From assembly GCA_963706245.1 (NCBI GenBank), contig OY970151.1, positions 238,994-302,993 on the forward strand: DNA of 64,000 nucleotides, in the 5' to 3' direction. The notes below the pieces were generated by a model that made no database searches, was not told the DNA's origin, and saw only the letters and a program-made list of their open reading frames with translations. This DNA comes from an uncultured Candidatus Saccharibacteria bacterium. GTDB taxonomy: Bacteria > Patescibacteriota > Saccharimonadia > Saccharimonadales > UBA4665. How positions within the stretch are numbered: the first letter of the stretch is position 1; each line of letters begins with the position of its first letter. The translations under genes and the position numbers were made by a program. This document shows, piece by piece, positions 1-9,332 of this stretch.

Positions 1-531
1 TTTTTTGCGGTTAATGGTCCGGTTAGTGGCTACGCTAACTACCCGCCTCTGCCGCTACCGGCAGCGGCAGCAATACTTGTTGTCATAATTGGTCTAGTTT
101 GCATTATAAAATTCTGGCACAAGATCTTCGACGGAAATACTAAATTGATTTTCTTAGCCAGTGCCAGTCTGATCTATATTGTAGCCCTAATCCTGCAGGG
201 TTATTCCTCATATCGTTATACTGGAGTATTGGAGAACATGAATGGTAGATACTTACTACCAATAATACTCTTACTGGTAGCAATTTTTGATAAGGCAATC
301 CGTATCCAATTCCATAAGGCGTCGGTAACTAAAGCTCTGATGTCGCTACTGGTTTTAGTGCTATTTCTACAAGGGGGTGGCTTTATAACGTTTATTACTC
401 GGAGTGATGATAGTTGGTATTTTACAAATCACGATGTCACAAAAGTTAATAACGATGCCAGGAAGATTATCAATCCAGTAATCTTAAATGGTAAAAAACA
501 GTACTCTAGCAGTTATTGGTTCTTTAATTAG
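1..531 (+). CDS. polytopic membrane protein, C-terminal part (5' end outside window); possibly tail of a GT39/ArnT-type glycosyltransferase
   Basis: Frame of ORF 145..531 stays open back to nt 1 (FFAVNGPVSGYANYPPLPLPAAAAILVVIIGLV...). Several hydrophobic helices. Tail-to-tail with a GT2 gene. Confidence 0.5.
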   Translation, partial: FFAVNGPVSGYANYPPLPLPAAAAILVVIIGLVCIIKFWHKIFDGNTKLIFLASASLIYIVALILQGYSSYRYTGVLENMNGRYLLPIILLLVAIFDKAIRIQFHKASVTKALMSLLVLVLFLQGGGFITFITRSDDSWYFTNHDVTKVNNDARKIINPVILNGKKQYSSSYWFFN

Positions 532-541
532 ATCGGCCCGT

Positions 542-1489
542 CTACTTAAACTGATTACGTTTTATTGTTTCGAGAACATCTTCAATCAAGGAGCGGTTGA
601 TTCTAATTAAATTTGCGATTATACCAAGAGTAATGGAGAAGAACGAAGCAATCAGGAAAACGGCACCGGTTAGTAATGATTGGATATGGTGAGGGCCTCC
701 GGAATTTTTTATGGTCAGTACTAGCCAAAGATAGTGAATAAATGGGATTGCTCCGATAATAAACAGTATTCCGCCAATACTAAGGAAAACTGTATATGGC
801 TTATACATAGTAAAAGCGTTAAAGATCGCGGCCGCCGATTTTCTAACATGTTCCCAGTGGTTTTTAAATAACCTCGATTCACGAGTTTTGGGGTTAGTCT
901 TAATCGTTATTGTAGCTAGGCCGAGTCGCTTATTGGCAGCCTGGATAGTTGTCTCGGCGGCGAAATTAAAGCGTCCGACTAGGTTTAGTTTAATAGCCGC
1001 TTCTTTGGAGTAAGCCCGAAAACCGCTGGTGGCATCCGGAATATTAGTTCCGGCTGCTTGGTTCATAACCCAAGTGCCAAATTTTTGGAGAAGTTTTTTA
1101 GTGGGTGAAAAATGCTCTATGGTGTGGGTTTGTCGATCGGCTATAACAGTATCGGCTTTGCCTTCTAGGATTGGTCTAATTAGATCTGGGATTCGTTCTT
1201 GGGGATATTGGTTATCGCCGTCCGTTAGGACTAAGATGTCGGCTCCGAGTTCCAGAGCTCTTTGAATACCATCCCGCAAAGAGTGAGCCAGTCCGCGGTT
1301 ACCGGCATGACGGACAAACTGCGTAACTCCGAGTTTTTTAGCAACCGCGACGGTGTTATCAGTACAACCATCGTCGATTACCACAATCTCTATGCTTGAG
1401 ATCCCGGCTATAGTTTTTGGAATAGTCTTGAGCGTCAGCGGCAGGGTAGCTTCCTCGTTTAAACAAGGAATCATAATCACGAGTTTCAT
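542..1489 (-). CDS. family 2 glycosyltransferase (polyprenol-phosphate sugar transferase type) with C-terminal TM helices
   Basis: N-terminal IPCLNEE...VVIDDGCTDNT and DGDNQYP (DxD-type) motifs. Two C-terminal hydrophobic helices, as in GtrB/ArnC-like enzymes. Confidence 0.85.
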   Translation of the reverse strand: MKLVIMIPCLNEEATLPLTLKTIPKTIAGISSIEIVVIDDGCTDNTVAVAKKLGVTQFVRHAGNRGLAHSLRDGIQRALELGADILVLTDGDNQYPQERIPDLIRPILEGKADTVIADRQTHTIEHFSPTKKLLQKFGTWVMNQAAGTNIPDATSGFRAYSKEAAIKLNLVGRFNFAAETTIQAANKRLGLATITIKTNPKTRESRLFKNHWEHVRKSAAAIFNAFTMYKPYTVFLSIGGILFIIGAIPFIHYLWLVLTIKNSGGPHHIQSLLTGAVFLIASFFSITLGIIANLIRINRSLIEDVLETIKRNQFK

Positions 1490-1560
1490 AATTGTAGTTA
1501 TTATAACCTAATTTAACTGAATATTTGCCTTATGAACGGTTAGTGGAGGGCTAGTGATGC

Positions 1561-2418
1561 TTGTTAATCAATCCGTTAAAAAGTATGATAGTTAGATATA
1601 TGGGCAAAGAAAAAGCAGCAGAACCAATTATAGAAGTCAGTAATCTAACCAAAAAATATGGTGATTTTACAGCAGTAAATGATATAAGCTTTTCGGTAAT
1701 GCCCGGTGAAATTTTTGCTTTCCTTGGTCCCAACGGCGCCGGTAAAAGTACGACTATTAAAATGCTTACAACCTTAATCACGCCGACCGCAGGTAATGTT
1801 CGAATATCAGAACATAACGTTATTGCTGAAAAAAATAGTGCTCGCAGCGCTTTTGGAATAGTTTTTCAAGATCCGTCACTTGATGATGAATTGACGGCTT
1901 ATGAGAATATGGAGCTCCACGCTGTCTTGTACCATGTGCCTAAAAAAGGTCGGGATGAGAGAATAGATTTACTGCTTAATCTTGTCGAACTCGGCGACAG
2001 ACGAGATTCTTTAGTTAAAACATTTTCGGGTGGCATGAAGCGGCGGCTAGAAATTTCTCGCGGGCTTTTGCATCACCCTAAAGTATTATTCCTCGATGAA
2101 CCGACTGTTGGGCTTGATACCCAAACCCGCAATCTTCTGTGGGAATATGTCGAGAAACTTAATAAAGATGAAAATACCACCATCTTTTTAACTACCCACT
2201 ATCTTGAAGAAGCCGAAATGGTAGCTTCCAGAATTGCAATTATCGATCATGGGAAGATTATTGCTACTGGCACAACCGCGGAACTGATTAAGAAAACCGG
2301 TACTAAGAATTTAGAAGAAGCCTACCTTAGTTTAACTGGAAAAAGTCTACGTGATGAAGAAGTTGGTGCCGGTGAAGCTTTCAGAATGAGAGCAAGAAAT
2401 ATGAGGGCTAGGCGATAA
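1561..2418 (+). CDS. ABC transporter ATP-binding protein (ABC-2/DrrA-like exporter)
   Basis: Walker A GPNGAGKST, signature FSGGMKRRL, Walker B LFLDEPT. GGAGGG lies 10 nt before the TTG start. Stop overlaps the permease start. Confidence 0.9.
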   Translation: MLINPLKSMIVRYMGKEKAAEPIIEVSNLTKKYGDFTAVNDISFSVMPGEIFAFLGPNGAGKSTTIKMLTTLITPTAGNVRISEHNVIAEKNSARSAFGIVFQDPSLDDELTAYENMELHAVLYHVPKKGRDERIDLLLNLVELGDRRDSLVKTFSGGMKRRLEISRGLLHHPKVLFLDEPTVGLDTQTRNLLWEYVEKLNKDENTTIFLTTHYLEEAEMVASRIAIIDHGKIIATGTTAELIKKTGTKNLEEAYLSLTGKSLRDEEVGAGEAFRMRARNMRARR

Positions 2419-3161
2419 TGGAAATTTATTATTTATGGCTAAGGCAAATTAGACGCTATTCGCGTTCTCGTTCACGCATTATTGGAGCTGTTGGTCAACC
2501 ACTGCTATTTCTTTTAGCGCTTGGCTATGGCATTGGTTCGCTTTATAAACGAGCCGGCGGCGGCAACTATATCGACTTTTTGGTGCCGGGCATCATCGTT
2601 CAAACAATTTTGTTTGGAGCAATATTTTGGGGAATAAATGTTATTTGGGATAAACAGTTTGGCTTTTTAAAAGAGATGTTGGTAGCACCGGTATCGAGAC
2701 TACGGATTTTAACCGGCAGCGCCCTCGGTGGAACTACGACAACGGTTATTCAAGGAACCCTAGTTTTCTTCGTATCTTTTCTACTTGGCTTTAGACCATA
2801 TGATTGGTTAATGGTACCATTGGCATTTTTAGTTATTATTGTCTTTGCCTTTGCTCTAACTTGTTTTGGGGCAGGACTGGCCGCAATCGTTAATGACTTT
2901 CAAGGCTTTCAAGCAATTAACCAGTTCTTAATATTCCCGCTCTTCTTTTTATCGAGTGCTCTTTTCCCGATTCAGAACTTTCCGGCAGTCCTAAGATTTA
3001 TTGCATCTATTAACCCAGTTTCCTATGCGGTTGATGCTTTAAGAACACTGTTAACCAATCAGACGCACTTTGGACTGACAAAGGATCTTATAGTTATCGC
3101 TATAACGGTTATTGCCCTAACAGGTTTTGGGGTCTACTCCTATAACAAGATTCAGTCTTAA
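2418..3161 (+). CDS. ABC-2 type transporter permease
   Basis: Six predicted TM helices. ATGA-type coupling to the upstream ATPase. Typical ABC-2 length of 247 aa. Confidence 0.85.
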   Translation: MEIYYLWLRQIRRYSRSRSRIIGAVGQPLLFLLALGYGIGSLYKRAGGGNYIDFLVPGIIVQTILFGAIFWGINVIWDKQFGFLKEMLVAPVSRLRILTGSALGGTTTTVIQGTLVFFVSFLLGFRPYDWLMVPLAFLVIIVFAFALTCFGAGLAAIVNDFQGFQAINQFLIFPLFFLSSALFPIQNFPAVLRFIASINPVSYAVDALRTLLTNQTHFGLTKDLIVIAITVIALTGFGVYSYNKIQS

Positions 3162-4138
3162 CCCTGAAGTAAAAGCAATACTGCCAGACCCATTCTAAGT
3201 AATCTCCCGGGTCCCTTTTGATAGAAGATATAACGCGGTTCCCAGTTTGGTTTATATTTAGCTTTAAAGTGGTGTAAGCCGGTGAAACCGATAAAACTAT
3301 TACTAAGCTTATAAGCTTTATTAAGTAGTTTCTCAGCCGGTGATTTCATAAAGTTATTGGCGTCAAGTGGCGATATGCCAAGGTTAAAATGTTTATAGCC
3401 TTCGGTTTTTTTAACACTCAGTAGCTTTATAAATAGAAAATCAATACTGTTAGGCGGAGCGTCAGCCCTATGGCGCATTAGATCAACTGTTATAACCCCC
3501 GGTTTATAATCGGGCAGTCCATTGGCGAAAGCCTGGGCCTGACCATTTTTATCGCGGACTACATGTAGATCAACTTGATCCAGATAATCACGATCAAAAC
3601 GGCCAGTCAAAAATGACCATTCTTTGCGGTGTGGCAAAGTGCCCCAGCTAGTCGAGACTGCGTGAAGTTCAGCGATCAGCTCTTTGGCGTGCGGTGGCGA
3701 GTAGTTACTTAGACTAAAGCCTAGTTTATTGCTCCGATTAACTAGATTACGAAAGTACTTGTCATGAACAGTCTCTAGTGAAAACAGTTCTAGATCTATA
3801 ACTGCATCAGCACCTATAAGTAGACTACTTAGTTTTGCGGTTTGATATTCCTCCTGGTATTTATTGGTAGCTTGAATAAAGCACATCAAAAGGTGATTCT
3901 GGTTGCAAAAATTGCTAAATTCTAGGAGTAGCTTTTTTATTGAAGCTCTATTACCAACCGGATCCCCCAGACAAACAGCTACCTTTAGCTTTACGGCGTA
4001 GGCCACGAACGACTTATTATCACTAGCGAAAAAAAATGTTTTATCGGTTGGCCATAATTTGAAGAAATCATCGGCTTCACCGCCATAATTATCCAACAGC
4101 TGCCGGGCTCGCTCGGCATCAGTTAGTTGTTTATTCAT
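3158..4138 (-). CDS. stand-alone DUF2156 / MprF-LysX C-terminal-like (aminoacyl-phosphatidylglycerol synthase domain) protein
   Basis: N-terminus ...DDFFKLWPTDKTFFFASDNKSFVAYAVKLKVAVCLGDPVG... resembles the DUF2156 domain of MprF. No TM or flippase part. Confidence 0.6.
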   Translation of the reverse strand: MNKQLTDAERARQLLDNYGGEADDFFKLWPTDKTFFFASDNKSFVAYAVKLKVAVCLGDPVGNRASIKKLLLEFSNFCNQNHLLMCFIQATNKYQEEYQTAKLSSLLIGADAVIDLELFSLETVHDKYFRNLVNRSNKLGFSLSNYSPPHAKELIAELHAVSTSWGTLPHRKEWSFLTGRFDRDYLDQVDLHVVRDKNGQAQAFANGLPDYKPGVITVDLMRHRADAPPNSIDFLFIKLLSVKKTEGYKHFNLGISPLDANNFMKSPAEKLLNKAYKLSNSFIGFTGLHHFKAKYKPNWEPRYIFYQKGPGRLLRMGLAVLLLLQG

Positions 4139-4203
4139 AGAGATACTTTAGCAAGAATAGTAGTGATTGAAAAACGAGCAAGTTATGATATTGTTGGAGT
4201 GAA

Positions 4204-4536
4204 ATGTCTGATTATAATGCTGACATAGTCCCTCGCGATGCCGTAATGGTCTATTATGAGCACCACAGGCCACGGGCCTTATACAAAGAACTAGGGAAAC
4301 ATATTGTCGAGAAAGACAGGCGTAGACTTATAATCGAGGACGCCACTGAAGCAATAAACGGCTATTTTTTGAAATTTGGAGAGCCGGCTCCCAACCCGTT
4401 GCCAATACTGTTTACCCCCGATAAAGATTATACAGGGTCTGAGAATATTTCGTTACTCGATCGTTTACCGATCGAGAAAGTTGACCAGGTCATTCAAGCT
4501 GCCCGTACGGTTATCTATGCGGTACTTCATAGATAG
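4204..4536 (+). CDS. hypothetical protein
   Basis: 110-aa ORF in an otherwise free interval, just upstream of an ABC ATPase. No motif recognised. Confidence 0.5.
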   Translation: MSDYNADIVPRDAVMVYYEHHRPRALYKELGKHIVEKDRRRLIIEDATEAINGYFLKFGEPAPNPLPILFTPDKDYTGSENISLLDRLPIEKVDQVIQAARTVIYAVLHR

Positions 4537-4569
4537 TCTTTCGGCCGAATTTAGACTACAATAAGCTTA

Positions 4570-5517
4570 ATGACTATACCAAAAAATGGATCTTCCGATA
4601 CTCAAAGCGCTGATGTCGCAATTAGAGCTCGTGGCCTAACGAAAAGTTATGGATCAGTAGTCGCCCTTGATCACTTAGACCTGGATGTAATCAAAGGTGA
4701 GATTCTGGGCTACCTTGGCCCAAACGGTGCCGGTAAGACAACAACTATTCGCTCCATCTTAGGGCTCATAAAACCCACCTCAGGCAGTGCTGAGATTTTC
4801 GGCATTGACTCACAGCGCGACAAAGTTAAGGCTCATAAACGCCTAGCCTATGTCCCCGGAGAATCAATTTTTTGGCCGGCACTAACTGGTGGCGAAACTT
4901 TGCATCTACTGGCGAAAGTCCAAGGGCAGGTTGACCTAAAATATCAAAAAGAACTTATAAAGCGGTTTAAATTTGAGCCCAGTAAAAAAGTTCGAACATA
5001 TTCAAAAGGTAATCGTCAGAAAATTAATCTTATTGCTGCCTTATCAACTAGAGCTGAGCTACTGGTGATGGATGAACCGACTACTGGTCTAGACCCGATC
5101 ATGGAGCAAGCTTTTAAACAGAGTATTCTCGAAGCCAAAGCAAATAATCAAACAATCTTTTTATCCTCCCATATTTTAGAAGAAGTTGAAGCTCTCTGTG
5201 ACCGGGTGGCGATTTTGCGCGCTGGTAAGTTAGTTGAACTCGGTACGCTTGCAGAGATGCGACATCTATCAGCAGTTTCTATTCAGGCAACTTTCGATGG
5301 GGCTCCGCCAAGCGTTAGCCATATTAAGGGTGTAAGCGCTATTGAAGTCGTTGGGCACCAACTTTCTTGTCAGGTGCAAGGTCCAATTGGTCCTTTGCTG
5401 GCGGTTTTAAGCGCCGCTCATCCTAAGACTCTACTAAGCCGCGAACCCTCCTTAGAAGAATTATTTTTATCTATCTATGGTGACAGTGAGGTTAAGAAAC
5501 AGTCGAGTGGGGCATGA
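4570..5517 (+). CDS. ABC transporter ATP-binding protein
   Basis: Walker A GPNGAGKTT, signature YSKGNRQKI, Walker B LVMDEPT. 4-nt overlap with the downstream permease. Confidence 0.9.
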   Translation: MTIPKNGSSDTQSADVAIRARGLTKSYGSVVALDHLDLDVIKGEILGYLGPNGAGKTTTIRSILGLIKPTSGSAEIFGIDSQRDKVKAHKRLAYVPGESIFWPALTGGETLHLLAKVQGQVDLKYQKELIKRFKFEPSKKVRTYSKGNRQKINLIAALSTRAELLVMDEPTTGLDPIMEQAFKQSILEAKANNQTIFLSSHILEEVEALCDRVAILRAGKLVELGTLAEMRHLSAVSIQATFDGAPPSVSHIKGVSAIEVVGHQLSCQVQGPIGPLLAVLSAAHPKTLLSREPSLEELFLSIYGDSEVKKQSSGA

Positions 5518-7172
5518 ACCCGTCTACAAGCATCAGAAAGCCATTTGAAATAAAGCACTTCCTGTCTCCAAGAACAGTCATTGCTAGATTTGTAACCAGG
5601 CGTAGCATAAAAGCTGCAGCTGCGTGGTCTGTCGTATTTGGGTTTTTTGTTTCGGCTAAAGCTATTGGTTTCGTTGATGCTTTCCCAACTATTGCAGACA
5701 GGCAAAGGGTTGTTGAAAGCCTTGGCAATAACATTGGCATAGAAGTAATACTGGGCCGTGCCCCAACGATTAATAGTACCGGAGCGTATGTAGTTTGGAA
5801 TACGCTGGGTGTCATAGCAATTATTGGCTCAATCTGGACACTACTTCTAGCTACAAAATACTTCCGGGGCGAAGAAGACACTGGGCGCTGGGAGCTATTA
5901 CTCGCTGGTCAAACTAATGCTCGAGCTGCGGCTTTTAATAATCTAAGAGGGCTAGTTACTAGCTTAGGCGGTTTTTTCGTTATTATTTCGGTAATTTTCA
6001 TGCTTCTTGGTAGAACCAAAGGTCTTAATTTTACTTATAGCTCAGAGCTTTTCTTCGCTGCGTCGATTACTCTTGGAATAATGATGTTTCTATTCGTCGG
6101 AGCTCTTACTAGCCAACTAATGCCGACACGGTCCAGAGCGGCTTTAGTGGCTAGCATTGTTCTGGGATTAAGTTTCGTGCTTCGCGTGATTGGCGACATT
6201 ACTTCTTTCCATTGGTTATTGAATTTTACACCGCTTGGCTGGATGGAGAATCTAAACCCACTAGCCGGCTCGCACCCAATATGGTTAATCCCAATTATTC
6301 TAACAAGCATATTACTTGGATCACTGACAATATATTTTGCTGGTAAACGTGATATGGGGGCCAGCCTCTTTGCAGACAAGGATAGTTCAAAAGGGAATTA
6401 TCGTTTTCTTAATTCGGTTGTTGGTTTCAGCTCACGCCTAACTCGCTCGAGTAGCATTTCCTGGCTGCTTGCTATTGGTGCTGGGGCTTTCTTCTTTGGG
6501 CTACTTACTAAGTCTGCTGCCCAGGCTTTCAGTCAATCGTCCAGTGGTAAACATATACTTAGCCACCTGGTCCATCAGGCCCAAATGCCTACAGTTTTGA
6601 TTTTCTTGAGCGTGGCACTCCTGATTCTGATGACTATAATCATGGTATACGTTGCCGGATCGATTTCGGCGATCCGCCGTGAGGAATCGGACGGCCTGCT
6701 TGATAATATTTTGGTTAGACCATATTCTCGCTTGACCTGGCTAGGTGGTAGGATTGCCATCGTACTAGTAGTCCTAGTACTTATCGGCGGTTTAGTCTTC
6801 TGTGATCTCTGGCTTGGGATGGCATCTCAGCACACCAATGTCTCAGTTAATCTTCTTTTTAAAGCAGTTGCCAACGCGCTTGTACCAGCCGCTCTTACGC
6901 TGGGGGTAGGAGTCTGGGCCTATGGGTTCCTGCCTAGGCTAAGCGCCTTTTTTGCTTATGCCGTTGCCGGTTGGTCATTTCTTATAGCTATTTTAAGTTC
7001 CGGGCTTAATATTAATCACTGGATTTTGGACACATCAGTTCTCAGCCAAATTTCCCTAGCGCCAGCCACTAGCCCAAACTGGAGAATTGACTTAACTTTA
7101 CTTATTATTGCTCTAATTCTGGGGGCACTCGGCGCACTCCGTTTTAACCGTCGTGATCTTGCTTCAGAATAG
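5514..7172 (+). CDS. large ABC-2 family permease (about 12 TM)
   Basis: 552 aa with many hydrophobic helices in two halves. Translationally coupled to the ATPase at 4570..5517. Confidence 0.75.
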   Translation: MNPSTSIRKPFEIKHFLSPRTVIARFVTRRSIKAAAAWSVVFGFFVSAKAIGFVDAFPTIADRQRVVESLGNNIGIEVILGRAPTINSTGAYVVWNTLGVIAIIGSIWTLLLATKYFRGEEDTGRWELLLAGQTNARAAAFNNLRGLVTSLGGFFVIISVIFMLLGRTKGLNFTYSSELFFAASITLGIMMFLFVGALTSQLMPTRSRAALVASIVLGLSFVLRVIGDITSFHWLLNFTPLGWMENLNPLAGSHPIWLIPIILTSILLGSLTIYFAGKRDMGASLFADKDSSKGNYRFLNSVVGFSSRLTRSSSISWLLAIGAGAFFFGLLTKSAAQAFSQSSSGKHILSHLVHQAQMPTVLIFLSVALLILMTIIMVYVAGSISAIRREESDGLLDNILVRPYSRLTWLGGRIAIVLVVLVLIGGLVFCDLWLGMASQHTNVSVNLLFKAVANALVPAALTLGVGVWAYGFLPRLSAFFAYAVAGWSFLIAILSSGLNINHWILDTSVLSQISLAPATSPNWRIDLTLLIIALILGALGALRFNRRDLASE

Positions 7173-7233
7173 AATAGTTATAAGTTTTTTGGATATTTAT
7201 CAGCCCTACTAAAATGGTATTATATAAAATAAT

Positions 7234-7893
7234 ATGAAGGCTAAGCCTCACAATTATCGTCTAACAGCTGTTGTCTTAAGTATTAGTGCCGGAATTTTAT
7301 ATTGTCTATGGTTTTTAGGCTATATCCTAAACCGTAAAGCTCTCGATTCCCTCGATGTTAGCGCCCTTCAGACTAAAGGCCAACCCTACTACCGCTTCTT
7401 TGTTGTTGGTGATGTTGTTACCGGTCTCTTAGTTTTTCTACTAGTTATTTGTCTCATTAGGTTATTCCACCAGACTCATCTTCATCGCACAACTAGTTTT
7501 TGGCTATGTATGCTAGGGCTTTTTGTGTTTGGTCTAATGACAGGGATCGCTTGTTTCCTAAAATCTTGTGATACAAACTCATCTTACTGTATCCAAAACC
7601 TAAACGAGGTATTTGATTCGCATAATATTACTGGCACTATTGCTTCGCTTGGACAGTTTTTGTCGCTGGCTAGCGCTTTAACACTCTTTAGGAAACGAAT
7701 ATCCAGAAATCTCTACTGGTGGACTTGGGGAATCACTATACTTTGGGCTCTTAGCGGACTGTCTTTTATTGTAGCTTCAACCGACAGCTTAACTCTCTCA
7801 TTACTAAGTCAACACGTTTTTTTGGTATTATCTAGTCTTTGCTTGGTGGTGGTTGCCTGGGTGTTGACTCGGCCAAAATTTCATCATGATTAA
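7234..7893 (+). CDS. polytopic membrane protein (DUF998-like?); paralog of 33192..33836
   Basis: N-terminal LSISAGILYCLWFLGYILN matches LSVLSGIIYNSWPLGYWLN of the 33192 gene. Both are about 215 aa with about 6 helices. Confidence 0.55.
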   Translation: MKAKPHNYRLTAVVLSISAGILYCLWFLGYILNRKALDSLDVSALQTKGQPYYRFFVVGDVVTGLLVFLLVICLIRLFHQTHLHRTTSFWLCMLGLFVFGLMTGIACFLKSCDTNSSYCIQNLNEVFDSHNITGTIASLGQFLSLASALTLFRKRISRNLYWWTWGITILWALSGLSFIVASTDSLTLSLLSQHVFLVLSSLCLVVVAWVLTRPKFHHD

Positions 7894-8473
7894 TCTTGCT
7901 GTGGGTAAACCGCTTATCAAGTATCTTGTTATTAGTCAATTAGCTTTGGCTCTATCCCTCATTATTTGCTTAATTCTTATCCCACATTTTCTATTTTCGA
8001 AAAATGAAGGCGGTATGAGTAATTACGGAATCCACCTAAAGACGGTTATTCCCTATAGTCTTGGTTTTATTCTAGCTTCATTTTATTCCATAAGAGCCGC
8101 TCTAACTATCAAGACTAAACGAACATCAATGCGCCAATTAAAGGCGATGCTGTTAATTTATGCCGGTGTCCTGTTACTGATACTACTGACAACTTATGGG
8201 TATAAAACAAACATATATTTAAAAAATACTCATATCACCGTGACTATTATTACTTTCTGGTTTGAAATGTTAAGCGCGGTCTGGCTGATCAGGACATTTC
8301 TGGTAGACAGGTTAAATATAATTTTGGTGGGCTGCCAGTTTATAGCTCTTGTAATCGGCAGCCTAACTTTTCTTGGACAGCTGCATGTATTGTTTGTATC
8401 TCAGCTGATAACAATTACTGCTTTTGGTCTCATACTAATTCGCAGCTCTGGGGCCGCTGTATTATCTAATTAA
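7886..8473 (+). CDS. polytopic membrane protein
   Basis: 195 aa, 5-6 hydrophobic helices, 8-nt overlap with the upstream membrane-protein gene. Confidence 0.55.
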   Translation: MINLAVGKPLIKYLVISQLALALSLIICLILIPHFLFSKNEGGMSNYGIHLKTVIPYSLGFILASFYSIRAALTIKTKRTSMRQLKAMLLIYAGVLLLILLTTYGYKTNIYLKNTHITVTIITFWFEMLSAVWLIRTFLVDRLNIILVGCQFIALVIGSLTFLGQLHVLFVSQLITITAFGLILIRSSGAAVLSN

Positions 8474-9265
8474 CTAATGTTTTTTAAGTAGCAACGGAGC
8501 CAATAACTTACCGATTAAACGACTTGATGGCTGGTCTATAATGCACAAAGGTCCAGTCTCTGGTCTTGATGAATCAAGGGCTAGGACATTATGATTTTGA
8601 AGCCCCTGACCAAAATCCATGGCCATGGTCATTGTTTTACCAACTGCTGCAGTAATTCGTTTCTTAACAGCTTCGTTGACGTCTAACCTTTTTACCTTAT
8701 CAAAATTTCGCATGGTCGCTAGGTCGCCTAGTGTTTTCCAATCGGTGCTCATTAATTCTTCTAATTTTAAGTTACCGGTTGGGCCACTGAGAGCAAAGTA
8801 CTGATTAGGTGTCATGATTTCGTGATAAGATTGTATTTGGGCATGTTCATTCATATGGCTGTCCTCTCCAGTTCCTGCGACAAGCTCGATCTCTTCATCG
8901 ACTATTCTCTTGCCATATTCACTGAGCCTATCTGCAACCATGACACTGAACTCCAATTGCTGAAATAAGTCTTCTGATTTTTCTGGACGCCCGCTTCGGT
9001 TGGCACGTCGACCAGAAAACGGGCTAGCCACTTTAAGGGCCTTGCCATCCACAGCAAGTATAGTTGAGTTTGAGCCCATCTTGACGTAATCAATGCCCGG
9101 TTGGTTTCTGAGAAAGTGTACAGCTTCTAAGTTTGTTCTGGTGAACTCGGTCATTATTGCAACAAAAGACTGATGTTCTTCTAGCCATTTGCTACCATCA
9201 GGTGTTGCAAGAATTTCGCCCTCGCCGACTCTTGAAATTTCAAAGTCATTTTTTAGAGATGTCAT
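8474..9265 (-). CDS. hypothetical soluble protein
   Basis: Long ORF (263 aa) with no competing frame. No motif recognised. Confidence 0.6.
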   Translation of the reverse strand: MTSLKNDFEISRVGEGEILATPDGSKWLEEHQSFVAIMTEFTRTNLEAVHFLRNQPGIDYVKMGSNSTILAVDGKALKVASPFSGRRANRSGRPEKSEDLFQQLEFSVMVADRLSEYGKRIVDEEIELVAGTGEDSHMNEHAQIQSYHEIMTPNQYFALSGPTGNLKLEELMSTDWKTLGDLATMRNFDKVKRLDVNEAVKKRITAAVGKTMTMAMDFGQGLQNHNVLALDSSRPETGPLCIIDQPSSRLIGKLLAPLLLKKH

Positions 9266-9332
9266 TAATATAAATACTCTAACATGGAAACGTAATATCG
9301 TAAGTATAACAGATGTGCTGCGCTAGATATTT

